Source: Malacoraja senta (Eukaryota). From it: a stretch of 64,000 bases of DNA. The notes under the pieces were generated by a model that was given only the letters and a program-made list of their open reading frames with translations, was not told the origin of the DNA and searched no databases. Below are positions 39,110 through 52,149 of this stretch, piece after piece. The position numbers and the translations under genes are program-made. Numbering within the stretch: position 1 is the stretch's first letter; every line of letters starts with the position of its first letter. The stretch lies in the NCBI GenBank assembly GCA_038087875.1, contig CM075986.1, positions 18,042,001 to 18,106,000 on the forward strand. Direction: 5' to 3'.

Positions 39110-39629
39110 AATTCAAAAAATTTCAACAATCTATACCATTTCAGCCTCTTCCAATGGGACACTTTGAGGGTTTGAAAATTCATGATCTAACTAGAAAGGA
39201 TTCTCAGCTAACAAAACAAGGGGACCCTCATACAAAAGACCAATTAGTTCCAGGCAACTACACCTTTTTGCACTCAACGATTGCGCTCAAGGATTCATTG
39301 TTGGAGGTTGGATCAAGTGTTGCATCGGGAGGTTATCAAGACTACAACAGCTGTGCCCCTTTGCCAATCTCACCCATACAGTTGGCGCAGCCTTCTTCAG
39401 ATATTCCTGTTGCTGCTGCCATCAGTCACTCTCCAGAGCATAATAGAATAGTGGCCAGTTCAGGAGATGAAAAACAAAACAGCGATTGCAAGTTATCAGA
39501 TGAGCACAGCTACTCCGTACTATTGCCTGGACGGATGCAGCATCCACGGGCTTCAATCTACGTCAGCAGCGATGACTCTGAAAGTGATGACGATGAGATC
39601 TTTGAAGAGCTGCAAACTCTGAGAGAAAA
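39110..39629 (+). CDS. WNK4: WNK4 exon 16 (...SIYVSSDDSESDDDEIFEELQTLREK)
   Basis: ctacag| and AA|gtaagc; 520 bp open, phase 1 to 2; acidic Ser patch before the coiled coil. An alternative phase-0 acceptor exists at 39144. Confidence 0.88.
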
Positions 39630-41503
39630 GTAAGCATGGAGTTATGTACAGAATTTGGAAATCAGACAAGGCTGCAGATGTGGGATATCAAAAATAAAAT
39701 CAGAAAATACTAGAAGTACTCAACAAGTCAGCCAACATCTGTGCAGAGCAACAGAATTAATGTTTCACATCTCAATCACTTTCTACCGATGTTACCTGAC
39801 TTGCTGAGTGTTTCCAGCACTTTTGGTTTTTTCTTATAGCTATTTTGTGAAACGTGTGATTTAATGGACTAGATGAAGTGAAATCATACTTCAAACATCT
39901 TTTTATTTGAAAACTTTCTCCTATTCGATTTCCAATTTTATACTAAAATGTTTTCATTTTTTTAATTTCCTGTTTCTCAGTTAAAAATAAGTCAAGATCT
40001 ATGTTGAAAGGTATTGCATCAAATATTGCAATTGCCTTGATTATTATTATTTTTTGCTTAAATACCATTAGTGGAGACCAGTCCTATCTACGCATACTAA
40101 TGACATATTGTACCACAATTGCTATTCTCCCATGGCTGTAATAAGACGTTGTATTATTAGCTCTCTTAGGACGGCAGGAGTATTGGTCCAATATTTTAGC
40201 TGAATTGTTATTTGGTAAGAAGTACTTTTCATTTGGAAAATGCTTGTAAATTTAATACATTTCCTAAACCCAGTCAAGAAGCAGTATTAGAATATTGTCT
40301 TCATATCCTTTCACACATTGGAAGGTAACATGAAAAATCAACTTTTAAAATTTAATTTATGGGTTCATTCGTTATGCAGTAACGCACTCACAATTATATA
40401 AGCTGGTTTTATATCCATATTCATGCTATTTAACAAGACAACTATGCAGTTGACACAAAATTGTACACCAAAGCAACAAGATTCCTACATTTCAGATAAT
40501 CCATTGATTATTGGCTCAGCAATAACAGTAGATAAATACTAATAAAATTACAAGTCTAAATCTGCATAATGAGATTGCTCACATCTAATCGGTGGGTGGG
40601 GTAAAGAGAGTATATGATTTTTAGAAATAGTTAACATTTTGTCTGAACTTGAAATGAGCCATATGCAAATTCCTCTTTTTTTTTTTATTGGATGTGTGAG
40701 CCCAATGCTTGAAATGGACTGATCCATTTCTCAAAATTGAGCTACCAGTTTGTGATTTAAAAAAAATAATCTGAAACAACACACTCAATGATGTGAGCTA
40801 TTGCCAGCAGTTCTGTTCAGAACAACAAGCATTGAGTTGCAGGATCTGGAGTAGAATCCAGCCCTCCAAGCATGCAGAATGTGCAAGATACATTTACAGA
40901 TTCACAAGGCCTGTCGGTTGGAGACGCGCAAAATTGCAGGTATCCTGAGCAAAAATCAAAAAGTCTGTGAGGGGAATGGACAGTCGTTTCAGGTCGGGCT
41001 GAATGAGGAAGAGTTCCAACCCAAAACTTCATCTGTCCATTCCCTCCATAAATGCTGCTAGACATACTGAGTTCCTCCAGCCTTTTGTTTTTTTGTTCAG
41101 TCTGTCAGTTCTGTTCTCTTCACGACTGGATTCCAGTATTACATTGAAAAAATGATTGTTGAATCCTGCATCAGCAGATTTGCTGCAAGATCTGGAACCC
41201 TAAATCGATTTACGGGGATATTGTGCAGCAAAGGATTAGGAGGCATAGAAAAATATTTGTTTTACAACTATTTTGCTTTTATTTTAATGTCTTAAATTAT
41301 ACATATTTTAGTTCATTAGTTAACATAATATTTTTGTTCTTTTTTACTTCACTATTTTAACTTTTAAAATGCCTATGTGCCAAATACTTCATAACCTGCT
41401 GAATATTTACAAAATCTTGCAATTTGTATTTCTGATTTCCTGCATTTGCAGTATTTTCCTTTGATGTCAGTGGCTGAAATATCTGTTAATCTGTGTTAAT
41501 TAG

Positions 41504-41706
41504 GCACATGGCAGAAGTTCAGAGATTGCAGGCAATGCAGAAAAAGGAGATTGAGCAGCTGTATGAAAAGATGGGCAAAGTGCCTCCTGCGGGTATAGTT
41601 TCACCAGCAGCAATCCTGAACGGAAGACAAAGGCGTTTGTCCAAGGGCAATTTTAACCAATCCCGCCGTAACAGCCTGCAACGTCTCGAACCTTTACAAC
41701 AAGCAG
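41504..41706 (+). CDS. WNK4: WNK4 exon 17 (C-terminal coiled coil, HQ motif, RQRRLS, RRNS)
   Basis: aattag| and |gtagct; 203 bp, phase 2 to 1; [20 protein letters not shown]...[18 protein letters not shown]...SRRNSLQR. Confidence 0.95.
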
Positions 41707-42397
41707 GTAGCTATAATACGCTCCTAACAGTGAGCAGAATATAAGTTTACCTTCAGTAATTTATATTGAAGTATTAGGGTGGTTTTCATAGTGAATGAAC
41801 CATAAAAACTATACCTGTAACTTTGCATATGGCAGCTGGCTAGACCCAGCAGGTGCTGCAACAATGTGATACAACTGCTGGGAAGTGAGTCTGCGCTTGA
41901 AATACGCTCTTTAATTGTTATTTTGAACTTTCTGCTCTGGCTTTTAACTCTGGAGTTAATAATGAAGGCCATAGATTTCTCCCAGCGGCTCATTTCTCTC
42001 AGCATTGGTGGAAATGTGCTCTGTGGCGTGTCATTAGATGTCTAACTGACACTGGCCAAAAGTAAGCTGCTCCCCGGAGGAATTGCAGCCAGAAGCGTCC
42101 AAGCCAGCTTCTAGTAGTTGCCGATAGATGGGATAATAATTACTGTCAAGCGCAAAATGGTTTATTTGCAAATGTTGTATTAAAGCATATGTAAACGGGT
42201 CTTGAATTTTGGTAATGTTTTCTCATTTCTAATTAAAGAGATTTTTTTGGTTTAGCTACATCGTATACTCCATTGGAATTATCATATTTTCCTTTTCTCA
42301 CATCTTTTTTAAGATTATAGTAGTTATTGATAATACTATTCTATATTTGCTGTAATTATTCCAATGCTAACGTTATATTCATCTTGTATTCCTGCAG

Positions 42398-42480
42398 GCT
42401 TCAGCAGAAGGAGTTCCTTAACTGGCAGCTGCAGCTCACTAGATCAACGCCAAACCCAGGGTGGGGGGTACTTTTCTTAA
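42398..42480 (+). CDS. WNK4: WNK4 last coding exon (GFSRRSSLTGSCSSLDQRQTQGGGYFS*)
   Basis: cctgcag| acceptor; resembles human GIMRRNSLSGSS; TAA at 42478-42480 (tail divergent). Confidence 0.82.
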
Positions 42481-44751
42481 TGGCTTCTAAATGGTTATAA
42501 ACAGTTGGCCTTCAGAAGCTAAGGCTTTACACGGTAAATTTAAAGTAAATGGAGCAGAAATATTTCCGTTTCTAACTGCAACTAGGATCTGGGACGATAA
42601 TACCTCAAGGGCTTCAGCTGTAGAAATCACCATTTGTTGATAGCTTCTTGGCAGTTACTGTTGTAATTAGTATGGACATGGGCTGATCTGTGATATAAGT
42701 AGTGAACAGTCAGCTTTCTGATATAAAATATCTTGTTTTATATGAACACAGGAAGCAGAAGTTCAGAAGATAGCATGATGATCCTCGTCAGAAATTCTCT
42801 ATACTGCTCAGAAACCTCAAAAGATATTGCTTTTGAATTTTTTTCTTCCAAGCACTAATATTTTTTTAGAAACACTAAGGAATCAGCATTGTTTAAATCA
42901 GATTACTTTATCTCATGTGAAAGATTTTAACAATATTTTTTATCATAATAAAGATTTTTCCTCACTACAGAATTTTTCATTAAAAATACTATTCTTGATA
43001 ATCTTTAAGGATATCTGATCAAATCAGATTTAAAACCAAATAAAATAATAAACTGGGTAATTTTTTGCCTTAATTTTAGAGAATGTTTGTTAACCTAATA
43101 AACAATGTTAAGCCAACTCCATAAAATAAGAACACTGGATGTTAAGCAGCCAATAAAAATCTTTTTTTATATTTTTGTATTAAAATGTTTTTCCACTGTC
43201 ACAAACTGTAAGGATTGAATGTATTCATTCTGGTTGTCTTTGTATATATGTATAGTGTGTAAAGTTTAAACAGTAAATTATACAAAGATTATATTGATAA
43301 TTGGATCCCTAATTTTAAAATAAGCTATAAAAGTAACTTTGGAAGATTTCTTTTGCTTTACAATAAACTTTATATTTGCTTCTATTAAACACAAAGGTGT
43401 CATTTCACCAGAGACGTTTTCTCTTTTTGTAAAATATTTTACCTGTCTAAATTACAACGCTGACTTGAGTGTAAATGTGTATCTTAAAAGAATTGTATAT
43501 TTGCAGACAATTATTGGTTATCTTAAGAAAATTGATCTTGTATAAATCCTTATGATTCAAACCATTAAATGCATACACTTGTAATGAGAAGCTGGATAAA
43601 TTATTTCACTTTATGATGGAAATAGAATTTACATAAATTGTGTACGAACAATTTCAGGATTATAAGGACCATTTTTACAAAACTACAAAAACACTGAACT
43701 TGGTTTCTCTTCGGATCTGAAGCCAAACTACATCTTTATTTTAAATCAAACTCATTTTAACAATTCAAATTTAGGAAAGCCACACAAGTGTAAATGTTAA
43801 TAACAAGTTTTTGTACCAGTATCTTGAAATCAGAAAAAGTTTGGAAATCTGAAAAAACAAGAGTGACACAAAACTCTGTGGATTAGTGACATGAAATAGT
43901 ATGGATTTAATTATCACTGCTGGTTTTCATAAAATGTTTAAACTTCAGGTTTGCCTTCCGTTTCAGAAATAACATCCTCAGCAGTCTGGTATATCCAGTC
44001 CTCCCAGGTAATACTTGTAAAAAATAAAATATTGCTGAGTCACCATGGTAAGATCACTTGCAACTATAAAGAGTGAAATGTAACTGTGGGGTAGAGAAAG
44101 GGTTACAATGATTATCAGGCTAGTCGTTTCTCCTCCCCATACCCCATTCACCACTTCCCTTTTCTCTGCATCTTAAATGGCATTTTTTTCAGGTTCTGAT
44201 TTAAAAGTAATTGACATGAATTGCTAAATCCATTTCTCTCTGAATATGCCTGACTTGCTGAGTATTTCCAGCATTTCCTTTTAATATTAAAGGACTGATC
44301 TCTGAAAATGTGTCACCTCCAATCTTTATTCAACCTTTTGTAGGTTTGTATTTAAAAAGGCACAGGTCATATTAAGCAACATCAAACATATACACAAATA
44401 TAACTACAATTTTAAATGTCACATATTTATAATACGCACATGAAAACTATTTTCAGAGCAGACATCCAACAAAACAGTTTTCATCAAAGCAATCAGCAGC
44501 TATTTCTTCAATGTATGTGTAGCTCAGTTATATTAGCTAAAAGATTATCACATACAAAAAAATAAATCCTAAATCAAGGTCAAATAAATGGCCAAACTGA
44601 AAATAAAAGCCTCTGTCACTTTGGAAAAAAAAATTCTTCTTGATTCACCATATTTAATTTCTTAATCACTTGTTAGCTATGTAGTTGGTCAGTTTGATCA
44701 TTCACAAAACAAAAGAGAAATGTTGTACACAAATTCTATGAATTATCAGTT

Positions 44752-44858
44752 TCAGTTTGCTGAAGTCTTGAAACCATCTTTTGCTCGAACACCTTTTGCT
44801 TCTTCTTCCAAATCATCCAAAAATCGTTCCTGAGATATTGAATAAAATGTGTATCCAT
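44752..44858 (-). CDS. COA3: COA3 exon 2 ([22 protein letters not shown]...KTSAN*)
   Basis: U12 branch point then AG; COA3 hallmark [17 protein letters not shown]; TGA at 44754-44752. Confidence 0.96.
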
Positions 44859-45393
44859 CTAAGATATTATTAAGGAAATATAGAAAATCTGAACAGAATT
44901 GTTCTGAATCTAAAACTTTACTGTCTTAATACCACTGCGACTTAAAAAAGTCAAATATTAGTTCTCAGCTATTTAGTTAGTTAACTAGAAATAGAAAACA
45001 AAATGTAAGTTACTGCAAGGGGTGGCACAGTGGTGCAGCAGTAGAGTTGCTGCCTTACAGTGCCAGACACCAGGGTTCTTCTGTAGGTTAAATGGCTTTG
45101 GTATTTGAGTTTCATTTGTGCTTCACTAAGCAACATGCTCTACTGTTCTATTACCAATTTCCTAATCATACTGCCTCACCTCAATGTGTAATTCGATTTT
45201 AGCAGCCAGCTTCCTATAGTCACATAACAAACGAATGATTAAATAACTTGAATATACTCTACCTAATTTCCTTGTCAAGACAGTTTTCAACAGCAGTGTG
45301 ATAAAACTGGCTTCATCTCAATCTTGCATCAAGGCCTTCCACGCACATATCCTGAAATGTGATGTGGGGCGGAGTATGGCCTTGAGACTTTTA

Positions 45394-45680
45394 CTTTAGC
45401 TTAGAGATTCAGAGTGGAAACAGGCCTTTCGGCCCACCGAGTCTGCAATGACCAGCAATCCCCGCACATTATCCTACGCTAGTGACATTTTTTACATTTA
45501 TACCAAACCATTTAACTTACAAACCTGTACATCTTTGGAGTGTGGGAGGAAACCAAAGTTCTCGGAGAAAACCCATGCAGATCACGGGGAGAACATGCTA
45601 ACTCTACAGACAAGCACCCGGAGTCAGGATCGAACCTGGGTCTCTGGCACTGTAAGACAGCAACTCTACCGCTGCACCCT
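45394..45680 (-). mobile_element. HE1/V-SINE-like SINE
   Basis: Reverse complement match to other copies. Confidence 0.83.
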
Positions 45681-46999
45681 TGTGGAAAAATATCTGCCAC
45701 GGACTAAGACTATGCCCCCCTAGCTTAGCCAACAGTCAAGGCCCAACATTTTAATGTTTCCTGGTATTCAAATATTTCAACTTTACTGTAAACAAAAAAC
45801 ATATTTTCAAAATAAATAAAAGCTTAAACATGTAAATCATTGTTCAAATAACAATTAGAAAGTGACATACCTATCCAAATATCATATGCTTATCTTCATA
45901 GATTGAGGAATAGAATATAAAAGTTGGTGAATTATGTAGCTTCGTTAGCTACTCAAGTTAGACCCCACTTGGAGTATTATGTGCAGTTCTGGTCACCATG
46001 CAATGCAAAGGATGGAGTGAGTGCAGAGAAGATTCACCAGGATATTGCCTTTTGGTTATGAGGAGATTGGATAGACGTGGCTTGTTTGGCTTGAAGCAAT
46101 GGAGGCTGATTCGATACAGGCAGTCTCTAGAAAGATTTAAAGGTGACCGGGAGGAGCAATGTTTTCCATGTAGAGGGTAGTGGGTGAGTAAGAGGAAGTG
46201 GTAGAGGCAGAAGTGGTAGGGGCAAATTAACCAAAAAAATCCAGCCCATTATATCTTCACGGATCCATTCGTTTTTTTCAGGAATAAAAGGGCTTAGGAT
46301 CTCACAAGCTTTTTAAAATTGTTTTCAACCTGCCTTGAAACTTCTGACCGAAATGTAGCATTTTCCATTTTTCTGGTTTAAATTTGTATCTCCCCCTTGC
46401 CCACTCAATCCACCAACCTCTTTGCTTCATCCTGAAGTATACTACCATCCTATTCATAGTTCTGTACATAAATAGTTTTGCATTAATTAAAAAGAAATCC
46501 TTGACAAAAGTAAATACTGCAGTTGATCAATTTTGTTATTAATGTCAAAATGATAAGATTTTCAATCAGCTAAACATGAAGTGGATTGATTAAAAAAAAA
46601 AATCATTCTAAACTCAAAGCAGTGTAGACACTGTAAATAAAGTGAAGAGGACGAGGAGAACATCACTTGATATGTCCTGGCAATGACGAAACCCATGATC
46701 TACACCAAATCACATGGAAGTTCGCCAAGAGGCACTGTTTTGTAAAAGAGACTCCACAGCAAGAATTATGCCACATATAGCATTTGCACCAAGCATTTGT
46801 CAGATAAATTTCAAAATGATTTGTAACACACTGCAAGCACGAAGAGCAATGAAGTAACAATTAGCCTTGAAGATTGGGGTCCAGCTGCAAGAGAAATATA
46901 CAACTTCTCTCTGCCCAATATTGCTTTCACTAAATATTAGTCCGCAATGTCCACGGCGAACATGATGCCAAGTTAAACTAATCTCCTCAGCTTCTTATT

Positions 47000-47780
47000 T
47001 TTTAGTTTAGTTTATTATTATTTATCATATGTACCGAGGTAGTGAAAGCTCTTGACTATCCAGTCAAAGACTTCGTGATTACAATTAAGCCATCCGCAGC
47101 ACACAGATAAAGGGTACAATATATAGTGCAAGATAAAGTCCAATTAAAGATCTTCAATGAGGCAGATGGGAAATCAGGACCGTTCTCTAGTTGGTGAGAG
47201 GACAGTTTAGTTGCCTGTTAACAGCTGGGTGAGAAAATCCCTGAAACTGGAGGTATGTGTTTTCAAACATCTGTGCCGCTTGCCTGATGGGAGAGAGAAG
47301 AGGGAGTGACGCGGGTGAGAATGGTCCTTGATTATACGGGTGGCCTCGCCGAGGCAACGTGAAGTGTAGATGGAGTCAATGGACACAAGATTGGTTTGCG
47401 AGATGGTCTAGACTACATTCACAGCTCACTGCAATTTCTTGTTGTCTTGGATGGAGCTGTTCCCAAACCAGGCTGTGAAACATCCCAATAAGATGCTTTC
47501 CACGGCACATCTGTAGGTTGGTGAGGGTTGTTGGTGACAGGCTGAACTTCCAAACCCTTCTAAGGAAGTAGAGGCTTTGGTGTGCTCTCTTGGCCATAGC
47601 TTTGATGTGGCTGGTCCAGGACAAATTACTGATGATATTTATTCCTAGGAATTTGAAGCTTTCAACCATCTCTACTTTGGCACCATCAAAGTATACTGGG
47701 GTGTTAACTGCTTTGTTTCCTGAAATCAATCACAATTTCCTCTGCTTTGCTGACATTGAGGGAGAGGTTATTGTCTGCAC
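47000..47780 (-). mobile_element. Rex1/Babar- or L2-like LINE 3' fragment
   Basis: VEMVESFKFLGINIISNLSWTSHIKAMAKRAHQSLYFLRR. Confidence 0.78.
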
Positions 47781-47949
47781 ATAATCCACATTCGTCCATT
47801 CGCTGCCTATTCGTGTGCCTATCTAAAAAACCCTTAAAATGCAACTATCGCATCTGTCTCCACCATCAAACCTGGCAGCTCGTTCCAGGCACTTACCATC
47901 CTCTCTGTAAAATACTTGCCCACTCGTCTCCTTTAAACTTTTCTTTCTC

Positions 47950-48800
47950 ATAAGGTCATAAGTGACAGGAGAAGAATTAGGCCATGCGGCCCATCAAGTC
48001 TTCTCTGCCATTCAATCCTGGCTGATCTATCTCTCCCTCCTCACCCCATTTTCCTGCCTTCTCCCCATAACCTCTGAATCTTGTACTAATCAAGTATCTA
48101 TCTATCTCTGCCTCAAAAATATCCACTGACTTGGCCTCCACAGCCTTCGGTGGCAAATAATTCCACAGATTCACCACCCTCAGACAAAATAAATTTCTCC
48201 TCATCTCCTTAAAAGAACGTCCTTTAATTCTGAGGCTATGATCTCTAGTCATAGACTCTCCCACTAGTGGAAACACCCTCTCCACACCCACTCTATCCAA
48301 GCCTTTCACTATTCTGTATGTTTCAATGAAGTCCCCCCTCATTCTTTTAAACTCCGGAGAGTACAGGCCCAGTGTCAACAAACGCTCATCGTAAAGCTAT
48401 GCCCTCTTGTCTTTGACTTTCCCACCTTGGGAAAAAGGTTCTGACTACCCTATTTATGTTTCACATAATGTTATTCACTTTTATTAGGTCACCCCTCAAT
48501 CTACAGTTCTCCAGAGAAAACAATCCGTCCTTACCTTATAATCCAGGCAGCATTCTGGTAAACCTCTTCTGCACCCTCTCCAAAGCCTCCACATCCTTCC
48601 TGTAATGAGGTGACTAGAACTGCACACAATACTCCAAATGCAGCCTAACCAAAGTCTTATAAAGCTGCAAAGTTGCATCATGACTTTCATACTCAATGCC
48701 TCAACTGATGAAGACAAGCCTACCATATGTCTTCTTTACTACTCTATCTACTTGTGTTGCCACTCTCAAGGAGCTGTTAACCTGGACCCCAAGAACCCTC
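47950..48800 (-). mobile_element. Nested CR1-clade LINE fragments
   Basis: ORF 47977..48381 LGLYSPEFKRMRGDFIETYRIVKGLDRV...; older fragment 48490-48800. Confidence 0.85.
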
Positions 48801-49801
48801 TGTGCATCAACTATGTACCAACTTGCAATTTAAAATTCTCCCCTGTTGCATATTCTCCCCTATTTGCCTATGGCCTGCAATTCATGCTTTCTAATGTACC
48901 TGGATTAATTAATTTCCTATTGTTTACATGCCTTAATCCCCCAACTCACATTTACCTCTCAAGTTTAATGTCAGGCTCATCTACAGTATATTTGTGGATT
49001 CCTAAACATCACCATATCCTAATTTTGCTTCTTGTCATTTTTAACATTTTGAGCAGACCCTGCACTATCACCATGTAAACAAAAAAAACAGAAAGCAGTC
49101 CTGACACATTAGGAACACCTTTAGTTCTTTGTCACTTACAATATGCAATTAAAGTTGCTTGCTGCTATGTATCTCTGTAGATTTCTGTAAAGAATGTACA
49201 CAGCTTTGTTTAAAAACTGTTTCAATCTTGTATTTGTTTTAAATTGTTCAGAAAGGGAGTATGGAAAACAAAAACTTAGGTGAGTTTGATAGTGATGAAG
49301 CTGAAAGAAGATGGTTAAAGTATGCCTGAAGAAGGAAACGGGTGTAACTCAGAGAAAACCCAAATTCCAGAAAAGGAAAGAAGCAAAACTGAACGCAAAA
49401 AAAGATACAAAACTAAAATAACCGAATATCCGAAAAATACTAAATTCATCGTTAGGCCTTGAACGTTATATGTGTAAAATCAAACTGATGACCTTAAACC
49501 TGACAGACTTTGCTTTGCGAGCCAACGGCGGGTGAATGGAAGTATGAAACAGATCAACCCAGACCTCACTGCATGACCAACTGGCTGCGGGATTGAGTAA
49601 TAATAAATTGGACATACGCACATTTGATTTTTCAGTACAAATGGCAACCTCACAATTTGGTTTGGTCTTCTATACAAAAGATGTTGGTCATCAGCAAACA
49701 CCAGTGGCAACAACAACTGTATGCAGCCAAAGCTAAAAACAGAAATGCATTCTTGCCTTTGCAACCATGAATTGAACATATAATTACTACAAGAAGGATA
49801 C

Positions 49802-49994
49802 AAATGCCCAAGACGATGGCTCCGATTGTTAAACCCGTGAGTATGTTCCTTCCGCGCCGCTTCTGGAAATTCTTTTGCCACTGAGCCACCTCTATTCTCC
49901 GTATAAAAGTTAGTTGTTCTTTGGTCAGGTTATCCTTCTTCGGGTCTATGCGTTTAGCAAACTCCGCTTCGCCCGGTGAATTTGTATCCGCCAT
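49802..49994 (-). CDS. COA3: COA3 exon 1, cytochrome c oxidase assembly factor 3 (99 aa in total)
   Basis: aacATGg start; MADTNSPGEAEFAKRIDP...RNILTGLTIGAIVLGI transmembrane segment; donor T|GTATCCTT. Confidence 0.95.
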
Positions 49995-50470
49995 GTTTCT
50001 TAGCTCACCAACGTGACTACTTTGCGGAAGGTCAACTACGGAATCTTGGAGCGCGTGTGTCAAACCGACAATGCGAGTCCCTCCCATTGCTTAGTCTTCG
50101 AAATTAGCCCAGGGGAAGAATACATTCAGGTGTGGGCGTCAAATAATCATAGAAACGGGGATTTTTTCCCCTTCAAATTTCAGTAACGGTGGAAGAGAAT
50201 ATAATGAAAGAAAAGGTAGACAAAAATGCTGGAGAAACTTAGCGGGTGAGGCAGTTTAGTGGATGAATTACGACAATCGGTAGGTTTGAAAGGAATTTAT
50301 TCACAATTCTCATAAGCCTGGTCACAAAACACAACCGACCACAACGGTGGTCCTGGAACCACTGGCGGGCAAAGCCCAGAAACCACGCAAAAAACCCGAC
50401 CCCTCCGAGTAACGTGCGTGCGGCTTCCGACTGCAGGGTTCGACGCTGACGAGCACCAGCAGGTGCCGCT
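49830..50470. promoter_or_regulatory. CpG-enriched COA3 promoter/first exon region
   Basis: Local CpG enrichment around and upstream of the COA3 ATG. Confidence 0.6.
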
Positions 50471-50540
50471 ACAGTAGCATCTATGGAGCGAAGGAAATAG
50501 GCAACGTTCCGGGTCGAAACCCTTCTTCAGAAAGAAAAAC

Positions 50541-50828
50541 AGTGGCAGCGAAAGAGTGGCAGCAGCTGAATGAGCCACTGTCTCACGACAAAGACATGGA
50601 TTCAATCCTGACCGTGGGTGCTGTCTGCGTGGAGTTTGCATGTTCTCCATGTGAACACGTGTGGATTTGTAGATTCCAAACGTGTGGATTTTTAGATTCA
50701 TTGGCGTCTGTAAAATTGTCTCTAGTGTGTTGGGAAAGTGGGATAACTTTGAACTAGTGTGAATGGGTGATCGGTGGTCGCCGTGGACTCGGTGTGCCGA
50801 GAGGCCTGTTTTCACGCTGTATCTTTCA
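50541..50828 (+). mobile_element. HE1/V-SINE-like SINE (diverged)
   Basis: ggtgctgtctgcgtggagtttgcatgttctcc core and tail. Confidence 0.75.
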
Positions 50829-52149
50829 ATCATTATGTTTAAATTTGTGTGGAGAGAAATCGACTTTATGTTTCAGGTTAAGAGTCAAAATGTAATAACA
50901 AGGAACTGCAGATGCTGGTTGACTCCAAAGATAGACACAAAATGCTGGAGTAACTTAGCGGGTTCAGGCAGCATCCCTGGAGAACATAGAAGCGTTCTGG
51001 TTTCAAAATATAGAGGCTGGAATTAGACATAATAAAAGTAAATGTCACCATATATTTGTGCTGTTTAATTAATTAGCAACAAGGATCATAATATAGAACG
51101 GTCATGAATATACTGTCAAGGATAAAGTTTAGCTCCCTTTGATATTTGTCCATTCAAATGGATATTTGTCCATTCAAATGGACATTAGCCAAATACATGA
51201 TCACATTGGGTTTCTGCAAATAAGTTGAATATTTTTATATATTAATGTTTCTTTCAGTATAACGGCCACTATTCTCCAAAGGTATTTCACTAATATAAAA
51301 TGCTTCAGGAAATCCTGAAATCACAGAGGATGCTTCACAAATAAAAGTATTTCTTTTAGTACCACCAGAAGTTGCTGTTGGGCAATTTTCATTTTCAAAT
51401 AATTTTCAAACACTGGGTGGCAGTATAGGGCTATGGTTAAAATAAATAAAACTCTAGCTAATGTTCCATTTGGGTCTCCTAAATATTTACCTGCACTACC
51501 CCAACATCTCTTGATTATTTTAATAACATAAGATTTATTAATGTAGTAAAAAAGAACTACAGATGTTGGTTTAGAAATGGAGAAATTGGATGGGTATCCA
51601 CATCTACCCATTTTCTCCAGAAATGCTTCCTAGCCTGCTGAGTTACTCCATCATTGTGTGTCTATCCTTAAGATTTATTCATCTCTTTTTTGAATACTTA
51701 GGAATTGTCTGAAAATTTGTATGTTTCAATGAGATCACCTCTTTTTCTTCTAAACTCAAGAGAATTCAGACCTAGTCTCCTTACACCACAAACTGCCATT
51801 ACAAGATCAATCTGATAAATCTTTGCTGCATCCCTCAATCACAAGTATATTCTTCATTATATCAGGAGACCAGACCTGTACATAATATCCCAAATTCGAT
51901 CTCTCCAGACACCCACTTAATTGGAGCCAAATGGAGCTACAAGAAACAGCAGTTGCTGAAACTTGAGCATAAATCAAAGTGCTGGAAGAACTCAGTGAGG
52001 CAGGCAGCATCTGTGGAAGAAACATATTTCTACCCTTGAATTTTAATTATTGCAATAAAGGCCACCATACTGCTTTCATAATTGCTGGCCGAATCTGTAC
52101 ATTAATTTAATAAGAATAATTTGTATATAAAATCTGGACAGGTAGACAC

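Larger units (their letters stand above)
44859..49801 (-). other. COA3: U12-type (minor spliceosome) GT-AG intron of COA3
   Basis: 5'SS GTATCCTTCT; branch point TTTCCTTAAT (44878-44869) about 10 nt from the AG; no real polypyrimidine tract. Confidence 0.93.

Noticed and set aside
41835-41884. Possible poison exon / enhancer-like stretch in WNK4 intron 17
   Set aside because: Good donor (gtgagt) but weak acceptor and immediate stop; conservation cannot be assessed here.
46220-46463. Further exon of the candidate decayed gene (NYE*DGSILQDEAKRL...ACEILSPFIPEKNEWIREDIMGWIF)
   Set aside because: The 5' part also resembles CR1 RT sequence (gagtgggcaa...gaaaaatg...catttcggt), so it is ambiguous and was not counted as evidence.
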